DNA of 64,000 nucleotides from a virus: IMG/VR virus record IMGVR_UViG_3300032323_003835, positions 1-64,000 of that record; one strand, 5' to 3'. The translations under genes and the position numbers were made by a program. The notes beneath the pieces are model-generated. The model was not told where the DNA came from, made no database searches, and worked only from the letters and a program-made list of their open reading frames with translations. This document shows positions 56,659 to 64,000 of the stretch, in pieces (position 1 is the first letter of the stretch; each line of letters begins with the position of its first letter).

Positions 56659-57816
56659 TTAAATATCATCTAGTATACCCGCCTGTATTAAATCGGATAC
56701 ATTATTTATAGATTTCTGGAATGTTTTATTGGTGTTTCTGCTAGTAATCTCTTTAATTACCCTCTGTTTTATGTGAACCGGAAGTCTGTCATAGATCTTT
56801 GTTATCTTGATAGGGTCCTTAGAATAACTACCATAAATATAGTCAGATACATCCATATAATCTAAAAATCTACTTAGATGCTCTTGATCTCTGTAATCGA
56901 TAAGATCCCACGATAAAGCAATTGCAACATTGTAAGGTGTACCAGTAGAAACATCTTTAGCTAGTAGATTGAGTGTTTTTTCAGAAACTATATTACCAGA
57001 TAAAACCAAATTTTCTGGGTTCATTACGGGAAGTCCCTCTAAAGAATTTAAAAGATTCGAAGAGCAATTGAATCCAGATTCTACCGTTTGTGGGGATCCC
57101 TTAAGATTTTCTAATAAATTATTATTACACACAAAATCACCGAGTACTATTGATGGGCCAAGATCAAGAGAGGATAAACTATTATTAGAGCATATAAACT
57201 TACCATTTAGTTTATTGGGGGATCCTTTTAGGGTTTCAAGATTATTTTCTGAACAGTTGTACAGTTTTCCTACATTTTTTGGTCCTCCCACTAACGATGT
57301 TAATAGGTTGTTTTCGCATTGGAAAAACCCACCGACTTCTTTTGGAGATCCAATAAGGGATGTTAATTTATTAACAGTTACTCGATAATCCCCGTTGACT
57401 TTAATTGGTCCTCCTTCTAGAGATGTTAATTCATTAAAATCTGCTATGAAATTTCCTGGTATCTCCTGAGTACATCCCTTTAATGTTTCTATCTCGTTGT
57501 ACATACAATCGAAATTTGACCCAACGATTATTGGGGAATATTTTAGGGATTTTAGTTTATTAGAAGAGCATCTGAATGATCCCCCAATCTCTTCTGGGCA
57601 ATTTATGAGGGATTCTAAATTATTATTGGAGCAATTAAAATTGCCGGTGATTTTTTTAATTCCTACTTTAGGTAAAGTTTTTTGTTCAGGTTTCAGACCG
57701 TTTGAACAATCAAAATCCCCATCTATTAAAACTGAACCTTCATTGGTAAGGATCCAAGAACCTGATACAAATTTATTTAAAAATTCTATTAAAGATGAGG
57801 ATAGCTTTTTTGACAT
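56659..57816 (-). CDS. 22-aa LRR-like repeat protein
   Basis: About 10 repeats LxSLxGxPxxVxGxFxCxxNx. Confidence 0.85.
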   Translation of the reverse strand: MSKKLSSSLIEFLNKFVSGSWILTNEGSVLIDGDFDCSNGLKPEQKTLPKVGIKKITGNFNCSNNNLESLINCPEEIGGSFRCSSNKLKSLKYSPIIVGSNFDCMYNEIETLKGCTQEIPGNFIADFNELTSLEGGPIKVNGDYRVTVNKLTSLIGSPKEVGGFFQCENNLLTSLVGGPKNVGKLYNCSENNLETLKGSPNKLNGKFICSNNSLSSLDLGPSIVLGDFVCNNNLLENLKGSPQTVESGFNCSSNLLNSLEGLPVMNPENLVLSGNIVSEKTLNLLAKDVSTGTPYNVAIALSWDLIDYRDQEHLSRFLDYMDVSDYIYGSYSKDPIKITKIYDRLPVHIKQRVIKEITSRNTNKTFQKSINNVSDLIQAGILDDI

Positions 57817-57820
57817 TCAT

Positions 57821-58099
57821 TTATCTATCAATAGATATTTTTTCAAATGGTATAATTGGACTCATTCCGGTTTCTCTAAAATATGTAGATCTTATTTTTT
57901 TACCGAGTTCCATGTCGTTTGGTGTATCTAGGATGACCCGATAATCTATCATGATGTGAGACCTTGAGGATCCTTGGTAACAAGGTGTGCATAATTGTCC
58001 TACCCCCTCTACGTATCCATATCTTATATCGATATGGTCAGATATGCTGTATTTTGTGAGGATCCCACATATAACACATTTTTCTTTACCTGAATTCAT
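57821..58099 (-). CDS. small Zn-finger-like protein
   Basis: CVIC..YVEGVGQLCTPC; TPNDMELGKKIR. Confidence 0.65.
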   Translation of the reverse strand: MNSGKEKCVICGILTKYSISDHIDIRYGYVEGVGQLCTPCYQGSSRSHIMIDYRVILDTPNDMELGKKIRSTYFRETGMSPIIPFEKISIDR

Positions 58100-58117
58100 A
58101 CACTTAAGTATTATTGG

Positions 58118-58312
58118 TTATTCATTAGATGTATTGATCATCCTCTGTTTATAGATGGCATCTAGAACTTCCTTTCTTCGGGTAACTGAGGGTTTTGTGT
58201 AGCTCTGTCTTTCCCTTAGTTGATTGATAAGCTTAGTTTTAGATACCTTGTTCTTATAAACCTTTAGAGCCTGATCTATAGATCCGTACTTTGTTGCGTC
58301 TATTATAATCAT
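58118..58312 (-). CDS. rpsU: ribosomal protein bS21
   Basis: IDQALKVYKNKV..T..LRERQSYTKPSVTRR..A. Confidence 0.88.
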   Translation of the reverse strand: MIIIDATKYGSIDQALKVYKNKVSKTKLINQLRERQSYTKPSVTRRKEVLDAIYKQRMINTSNE

Positions 58313-58361
58313 AACATAATATCTATCCCTAAATAAATAAAAAGTTCCAAAACAGCAATAT

Positions 58362-58820
58362 CTAATTTTTATTATTTTCGGAAGGAATCCAATAGTTAAA
58401 ATAAAAATCTCGGATAAAGTCTAGGGTTATATTTCCGCTCAGGAATCTATCCCTAAGCCCAAAATCCCTAAAGTTGATAACATTCCCGTTTATTAGGAAT
58501 TTATAAAGAGGTTTAATTTGCTCTAGATCGTCTCTTTCGTTTAACGAGATTATTTCAGTGGATGTAAATTGTAAAAGGTCCCGGTTGTTTAGGAGTAATC
58601 TAAATTTAGTAGTAGTTGTTGTTCCCTCTTTGAAGACTCTGGCTGACAAGTATACTGGTTTAATATGCCTTTTATCAAGATCAAATATATCTATAGCGGT
58701 ATCCCCTAGATCCTTTATGTCCCGGCGATCTTTTATCTCGCCAATCCATTTAACATATTCATCGTTTGAACAATCATATATCATTGTTTCACATTGGCTT
58801 AACACTGTCTCCTTTATCAT
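58362..58820 (-). CDS. hypothetical protein
   Basis: Coupled ORF. Confidence 0.6.
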   Translation of the reverse strand: MIKETVLSQCETMIYDCSNDEYVKWIGEIKDRRDIKDLGDTAIDIFDLDKRHIKPVYLSARVFKEGTTTTTKFRLLLNNRDLLQFTSTEIISLNERDDLEQIKPLYKFLINGNVINFRDFGLRDRFLSGNITLDFIRDFYFNYWIPSENNKN

Positions 58821-60496
58821 TTTTTTGAAATTAAATAATTACCTAAAACTAAGAAATCCATTTCGGAATCTAAAAATCTTATTATAGCATCTTTCGGATA
58901 TAGCGTTATAGTTTGGTCCTTGAAATTGAAAGATGTGTTAAGTAATATTGGGTATCCTGATAATTCTCCAAAAGTTTTTAATAAACGATAGAATCTTGGA
59001 TTTTCGTACGATGTTACAGTCTGAACTCTTGCTGTTCCATCCACGTGTGTTATTGCAGGTAAATCCCACTCTTCTTTAACCTTTACTACCATATTCATAT
59101 ACGGAATGGACGATTCTGTTTCAAAAAATTTAGATGCTTCATCGAGGGTGACTGAGGGAGCGAAGGGCCTAAACATCTCCCTTTTCTTTATCACCGAATT
59201 TATTCTATCCTGCATGTGAGGATAGAGTGGTGAAGCTAGAATAGATCTATTTCCAAGTGCTCTGGCTCCAAACTCCATTTTACCCTGAAACCATCCTATA
59301 ACATTTCCTTCGTTAAGAAGATTGGAACACTTGAAAATAAGATCTGTTGGATCCATATGATCGTAATTAATTCTATCTCCGAAATTTTTAAAGGATGCTT
59401 CTATTTCTTCTCTATCAAATGAAGGTCCCTGATACGCATCAAACGGTCCCTTTCTCTTCCATTCTTTTACTACGTTTATATAATGGAGACATGCTCCTAT
59501 AGCGGATCCCCCGTCGGACGGAGATAAAGGAACCCAGACGTTTTCATAATTTGATGAGGAGGATATTTTAGAATTTGCTACACCATTATAAGCGCATCCT
59601 CCGCCCAGACACAAATTACTAGTGTTATTAAGCTCGTAGCTAAACTTTATCACCTCAATCAATATTTCTTCATATATCTTCTGAACAGAGGCAGCTATGT
59701 GCTTGTGATGAGCTTCTATGGCATCATTAGAGAATCTTGGGTGGATATTAAGAAGAATAGATAGGTTCTCGTTAAACATTATTCTGTCCGAATAATTCCA
59801 CGAGAAATATTTCATATTTACCCTGATTTTACCATTATCATAGGCTATGGTTTTTTTGATGGCATCATAATAGACGGAGGGATCACCATAAGAGGCCAAT
59901 CCCATTACCTTGTATTCTCCTTCGTTGGGCCTAAATCCAAGAAAGGCGGTAAATGCAGAATAAAAAAGCCCGAGGGAGTGCGGGTAATTTATCGAATGTA
60001 ATTTAGTTATCCTATTTTTGGTTGCTTTAGAAATAGTAACTGTTTCCTTTTCACCAACGCCATCGACGGTTACTATATTACATTCCGAAAAATTAGACGT
60101 GAAGTATGCTAAAGACGCGTGGGATAGGTGATGATCTACGAAATAGATTTTTTTAGAAAATCCCAGTTCGTCCAATAAAACGTCTTCCACTGATTTCTTT
60201 TTTCCGCTAAAGATGTAATCTACAATTCTTCTAAAATTTTTGATTGGATTCTTTCTGAAGGTTTCGATTACCCTCTCTCTTTTCTTTATGGGGTTTTCGT
60301 ACCAACAAACTACACTTATATCTTTTGCGGATATTCTATTGGATTTTAGTAGCCATTTAATAGTTTCCTTAGGGAATGAGCTATCACCCTTAACCCCGGT
60401 GAATCTTTCCTCCTCTGCTGCTCCCAGCAAGGTATTATTCCTATATAAACATGCTGCAGAATCGTGGTAAAATGCAGAGATTCCAAGTATATACAT
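58817..60496 (-). CDS. carbamoyltransferase (NodU/CmcH/TobZ family)
   Basis: ILGISAFYHDSAA, EEERF, HHLSHA, DGVGE, EYKVMGLA, EFGARALGNRSIL, FRPFAP, LLNTSFN. Confidence 0.95.
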   Translation of the reverse strand: MYILGISAFYHDSAACLYRNNTLLGAAEEERFTGVKGDSSFPKETIKWLLKSNRISAKDISVVCWYENPIKKRERVIETFRKNPIKNFRRIVDYIFSGKKKSVEDVLLDELGFSKKIYFVDHHLSHASLAYFTSNFSECNIVTVDGVGEKETVTISKATKNRITKLHSINYPHSLGLFYSAFTAFLGFRPNEGEYKVMGLASYGDPSVYYDAIKKTIAYDNGKIRVNMKYFSWNYSDRIMFNENLSILLNIHPRFSNDAIEAHHKHIAASVQKIYEEILIEVIKFSYELNNTSNLCLGGGCAYNGVANSKISSSSNYENVWVPLSPSDGGSAIGACLHYINVVKEWKRKGPFDAYQGPSFDREEIEASFKNFGDRINYDHMDPTDLIFKCSNLLNEGNVIGWFQGKMEFGARALGNRSILASPLYPHMQDRINSVIKKREMFRPFAPSVTLDEASKFFETESSIPYMNMVVKVKEEWDLPAITHVDGTARVQTVTSYENPRFYRLLKTFGELSGYPILLNTSFNFKDQTITLYPKDAIIRFLDSEMDFLVLGNYLISKK

Positions 60497-60517
60497 TTAG
60501 ATTTTAAATTTATATTT

Positions 60518-60724
60518 CTAGGAATCTAGATGTTTCCATCTGTCCTTGTTTACTATTGCAGAAATGCTTCTTCTTGACATCCCAAATTTTTCTGCCAATT
60601 GAATCATAGTAACAGATCCAGATTTATAAATTTTTCTGATTTCCTGAACCTCTGATTCAGTGAGCTTAGAATTTGGATTCTTTTCCCCACTTAAAAAGGG
60701 ATTGATTGATTTTTCTTCTTTCAT
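60518..60724 (-). CDS. stand-alone HTH (HNH-endonuclease C-terminal type)
   Basis: GEKNPNSKLTESEVQEIR...LAEKFG..ISAIV..RWKH. Confidence 0.75.
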   Translation of the reverse strand: MKEEKSINPFLSGEKNPNSKLTESEVQEIRKIYKSGSVTMIQLAEKFGMSRRSISAIVNKDRWKHLDS

Positions 60725-60757
60725 ATCCCTTATATATCAAAAACGCGAACACGCGCA

Positions 60758-60901
60758 TTATTCAGTAGATTCTTCCTTTTTTTCTTCGGATTCTCTAATC
60801 TTTTTTTCGTGGATTATTTTTTCTCCCATGATTTTTGCTGCCGCTTTTCTCATGGCTCTTTTATCCTCTTCTGACATTTTTTTGAGGTCTTTCTTTTTCA
60901 T
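60758..60901 (-). CDS. 47-aa charged peptide
   Basis: Read manually: MKKKDLKKMSEEDKRAMRK...ESTE. Confidence 0.5.
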   Translation of the reverse strand: MKKKDLKKMSEEDKRAMRKAAAKIMGEKIIHEKKIRESEEKKEESTE

Positions 60902-60902
60902 C

Positions 60903-61196
60903 CTATTCCCATTCTTTTATTTGTAAGACTAGATCCCCAGATCCTTTTATAACTCTGTGCCATGTCAGACTAGGTATTGTTATGTTATCAAAGGATTTAG
61001 GTAGTTCATTTTCCATCTGGATTTTCCAGTCCTTACCCTCTAATATTTTAACACTTCTGTTTTTCAGATCCCTATGCCATAACAATTCTACTGGATCTAT
61101 TTCCTGTGAGAACCTTCTTATTACAGAATCCTCAGAGTCAATGTCAATATATGGTTTAATCTCTACCAAAATCCAGGATAAGTTTTTCCTCCCCAC
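60903..61196 (-). CDS. cupin-like protein (true start probably TTG near 61169)
   Basis: ELLWHRD, WKIQMENELP, IPSLTWHRVIKG. Confidence 0.7.
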   Translation of the reverse strand: MGRKNLSWILVEIKPYIDIDSEDSVIRRFSQEIDPVELLWHRDLKNRSVKILEGKDWKIQMENELPKSFDNITIPSLTWHRVIKGSGDLVLQIKEWE

Positions 61197-61690
61197 AAGT
61201 GAGCATATCTATTAGCTCTACAAGCCCAATATCCTGGTTTAGTTTTGTCCTTCTTTTTATGACACTGATGTCTAGCAGCAAAACTTCTTCTGCGCTCTGG
61301 ATCACTAACCTTTGCTCTCATTCCCGGTATACCAAATTGAACCTTGATAACTTTTCCATTCTTGTTTTTAACGTAAACATAAAACTTCTTACTTCCTCCT
61401 CTCATAGGATATGAAAGCTTAACATTCTTCCCCTGATATAATGCTTCATCAAGTATTTCTAGGGGCATATCAAGGGGAACTATAAGTCCCTCGTAGATCC
61501 CGGTTAATCCTAGATCACTAGTTTCGAAAAGCAAAGCTGTTTGCCTATCAACGGTTAGATCCCCCTTTAGATATAAGGATCTAGATTCACTTAAAAGATC
61601 AACATGAGAATTGCTTCCTGGTCTGAATATTGATTCCGCAATACAGATTCTGTTGTCGATGTGAAATTGTAGGTGTTCTGATAATAACAT
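61163..61690 (-). CDS. conserved phage protein (DUF6321-like C-terminus)
   Basis: KKFYVYV..KVQFG..RRSFAARHQC..GYWAC. Confidence 0.7.
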   Translation of the reverse strand: MLLSEHLQFHIDNRICIAESIFRPGSNSHVDLLSESRSLYLKGDLTVDRQTALLFETSDLGLTGIYEGLIVPLDMPLEILDEALYQGKNVKLSYPMRGGSKKFYVYVKNKNGKVIKVQFGIPGMRAKVSDPERRRSFAARHQCHKKKDKTKPGYWACRANRYAHLWGGKTYPGFW

Positions 61691-61691
61691 A

Positions 61692-62612
61692 TTAAACCAT
61701 ATTTTTAGCTAGCATATCATCTCTGAAAGCAGTTGATTTTGCTAGGGTTTCTTGGAATATAGGCTTACTTAAATCGTTACCTAATCCGGCGTTAACGTGA
61801 AAGACAGCTTTGAGAGCTGCATCTTTATTCGGAAATTCATTAGGATCATTTGATCCGTACAGGGATTTAACTTTAGGGTTTTTTAAATTCTCTATAAAAT
61901 AAAGTACTGCAACTTCTGCTGCAACATCTAGCTCGTTTAAGGCATCGGGATTGGTAACAAAGTTTATTGACCTTCCAAGTTTTCCATTTTCGTTATAGAT
62001 CTTTTGCATTTTTTCATATCCGGCTTTAAAAGTAATTCCATTGAATCCTATTCCCGCATATTTTGATCCATCACCTGGTTGGGTGTTTCCCATTTTTTGA
62101 GAAGCCCCTGTAGGATCATCTGGACCATAAACCCTATCCCAAAATTTAGAAGGATCAGCTTTTAATGTATTAAGCTCAGCGTCAGTTAAAGTGGCGACTC
62201 TTTTACCAAAGATTTTTCTGATTCTGTCATTACTAGTATTAGTATAAGGAACCTCATTCTGTGGTGCCCAACCGCACTCTTTACCGATAACACCCTGAAT
62301 GGATGCTCTCATATTTTTATCGGTAATTCCGTGTCTGTCCATTGCCTTGTTTACTTCCTCTACGCCCTTTTTAACATCCTCCGCGGAAGGAACTTTAGCA
62401 CCGCTTCCTTGTAATCTTTCGCCCCATGATGTACCACCACCTTCAGGATCATCCCCTAAGAAATCACCAAATCCTGCTCCTTTGATTATTTCTGCAGCCT
62501 TTTTTAATTGGTCTATCATTGTAGCACCCGACCCAGTAGGATCTTTCATTGGGTCTTCTTTTTTTACTTCCTGCTCATTTATAAAGCCTGAAAATTGTTT
62601 TAGGTATTTCAT
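61692..62612 (-). CDS. lysozyme-superfamily (GH19-like) hydrolase with capsid-targeting-like N-terminus
   Basis: KECG..E, VYG..MGNTQPGDGSKYAGIGFNGITFKAGY, NPD, VNAG; N-terminus MKYLKQFSGFINE. Confidence 0.75.
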   Translation of the reverse strand: MKYLKQFSGFINEQEVKKEDPMKDPTGSGATMIDQLKKAAEIIKGAGFGDFLGDDPEGGGTSWGERLQGSGAKVPSAEDVKKGVEEVNKAMDRHGITDKNMRASIQGVIGKECGWAPQNEVPYTNTSNDRIRKIFGKRVATLTDAELNTLKADPSKFWDRVYGPDDPTGASQKMGNTQPGDGSKYAGIGFNGITFKAGYEKMQKIYNENGKLGRSINFVTNPDALNELDVAAEVAVLYFIENLKNPKVKSLYGSNDPNEFPNKDAALKAVFHVNAGLGNDLSKPIFQETLAKSTAFRDDMLAKNMV

Positions 62613-62613
62613 A

Positions 62614-62928
62614 TTAATTTCTAAATTTATGTGGGAATAGCAATCTTAATTCGTGCCCTTGTGGAATGTCTTTTTTTCTGATTCCAAATATTTTTTCTTC
62701 AGGACAGGGATCTTCCCCGTTCCATTTAAATCCATTATTACATGCCCAGGTTTTCATTCCAGCGTTTACAGTCTGTCCGACCGAATATGGAAATCTAATA
62801 CCAGCATCATTATTTATCTCTGTAATTCTACCACCAGTGACAGAAACTATAATTTCTCTTCCCTGTCTAGAAACCAGATTAATTTTATTCTCTCCTGAAT
62901 ATGCTTCGTATATTTCTATATGCCTCAT
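62614..62928 (-). CDS. hypothetical, putative head-packaged protein
   Basis: N-terminus MRHIEIYEAY; GATATATA upstream. Confidence 0.65.
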   Translation of the reverse strand: MRHIEIYEAYSGENKINLVSRQGREIIVSVTGGRITEINNDAGIRFPYSVGQTVNAGMKTWACNNGFKWNGEDPCPEEKIFGIRKKDIPQGHELRLLFPHKFRN

Positions 62929-63020
62929 TTTCTTGTTATTGTAATTCTATATATCAGATACATAAATCGATCCTTTGGAAACAATGATTGTAAAATAAAC
63001 TAAAATAATTAAAAGAAAAG

Positions 63021-63431
63021 ATGACCGAAAGAAAATATTTGCCAACATTAGCAGAATTGGTCGACAGACTAAGTATATCGCAATTAAAGGAGGTTTTTAT
63101 TCCCCAACATAAGGATGAATACGCACAAGAAATAAGCGATATAGTGCATGATATTCAGGTTTTATTGGATTCAAGTGAAAAGGTAAACGCAGATACAATC
63201 AGGGCTATTGTGGTTCTTTCCCAAATGAATCTTCATATTTGGCACAACGAATCCAATTATAGAAAGGGAATAAAGGACGGAAATAACCTAGAACTTACCC
63301 ACGGTCTGAATGGGATAAGAAACACGGCAAAGAACAAGATCCAAGAAATAGTGGGCGGAAGAAAGGATTACAAGATTGATTGCTTAGCTGCTGATTTTAA
63401 AGACTGGGAAATTAGCTGGAATAATGGGTAG
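63021..63431 (+). CDS. helical hypothetical protein (DUF4254-like)
   Basis: LAELVDRLSI..LK, N..IWH.E, NGIR..KNKI. Confidence 0.65.
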   Translation: MTERKYLPTLAELVDRLSISQLKEVFIPQHKDEYAQEISDIVHDIQVLLDSSEKVNADTIRAIVVLSQMNLHIWHNESNYRKGIKDGNNLELTHGLNGIRNTAKNKIQEIVGGRKDYKIDCLAADFKDWEISWNNG

Positions 63432-64000
63432 GATATTTTTATTCGGCGATTCTTTTACCTTCAATCTGTATGAGAGAGCAAGGAATGTAAAAGAACCAGG
63501 GGTTAGTGAAAGACCGATATTAAAGTATATGGATCTCTTAACAAAAGAGTTGAACCCAGATCCATTACATTTTTCAGACTATTTAAAGAAATTTGGATAT
63601 GATGTTTATAATTACGGGGGAAATGGAATATCGATATACTCGATCATTTACTACTTTAAAGCATTAGCAGATTTCAAATTCAAAGAGGGAGACAGAATAA
63701 TAGTCAATCTTACCTCATTCTCTAGGTTCGATCTGATAGACGATAAAGGGGAGAACCACACAGCTGTCTGTGAAAACGTAGGCGACTGGACAGAGGATCT
63801 AACAATAAAAAGATTTATTGTAGATCAAAGATTAAATAGACTCTACAGTTTAGACAATCGTGGGTATATTGGATGGGAACTTTTAAACTTTTTAAAATAT
63901 TTCTTAGATCTACATAAAGAATATAGACCGATTCTTTGGTCGCCATTTCCTGAAAATATAAAACCTTTTGAAGATTGCAGGTGGTTTGTTAGAGACATTT
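63424..64000 (+). CDS. SGNH-like protein, partial (runs off the window)
   Basis: MGRIFLFGDSFT..., YNYGGNGIS; frame read open through its N-terminal part by eye. Confidence 0.6.
   Translation, partial: MGRIFLFGDSFTFNLYERARNVKEPGVSERPILKYMDLLTKELNPDPLHFSDYLKKFGYDVYNYGGNGISIYSIIYYFKALADFKFKEGDRIIVNLTSFSRFDLIDDKGENHTAVCENVGDWTEDLTIKRFIVDQRLNRLYSLDNRGYIGWELLNFLKYFLDLHKEYRPILWSPFPENIKPFEDCRWFVRDI

Noticed and set aside
788-62944. Many antisense/overlapping ORFs in the track (e.g. 4594, 7775, 12350, 29814, 56969, 57497, 62299)
   Set aside because: They lie opposite well-supported genes, lack motifs, and reflect codon-bias shadows
1-64000. CRISPR array or stop-codon recoding
   Set aside because: No regularly spaced repeats seen; genes are full-length under code 11 and end in TAA, TAG and TGA
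1-64000. Bacterial chromosome (capsule/LPS locus) origin
   Set aside because: No wzx/wzy/ABC exporters or housekeeping operons; high orphan density, phage-type motifs and promoters

Overview
AT-rich, gene-dense 64 kb segment (standard code 11, frequent strand switches, A-rich starts without Shine-Dalgarno motifs). It is best explained as part of a huge/jumbo tailed phage, probably infecting Bacteroidetes: it carries tRNA + tmRNA (tag ending YAVAA), ribosomal protein bS21, a FISUMP-domain gene and many orphan ORFs, and no bacterial housekeeping operons. No core structural or replication genes fall in this window. Main blocks: (1) 1-2.4 kb, end of an RNA gene cluster plus phosphatases. (2) 2.5-25.7 kb, a large tailoring-enzyme island: GT2/GT7 glycosyltransferases, three radical SAM enzymes + IscA, NDP-sugar epimerases, APS kinase/nucleotidyltransferase, sulfotransferases, 2OG-Fe(II) oxygenases. 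It is centred on a permuted ATP-grasp-Hint-Cys-rich-peptide fusion, and many of its otherwise unrelated enzymes end in the same K-[ST]-[LI]-[LI] C-terminal tag. (3) 29-31 kb, a Ro60/TROVE gene preceded by two covarying Y-RNA-like ncRNAs, a boxA-like element shared with the tmRNA, and a terminator. (4) 42-53 kb, a cassette of secreted/outer-membrane proteins (CsgG-like, beta-barrels, cohesin/dockerin/C-lectin) with two homologous structured leaders. (5) Scattered small proteins with a T4-like capsid-targeting N-terminus, and two recurring promoter-like motifs. All calls come from reading motifs by eye; no database searches or computations were run.
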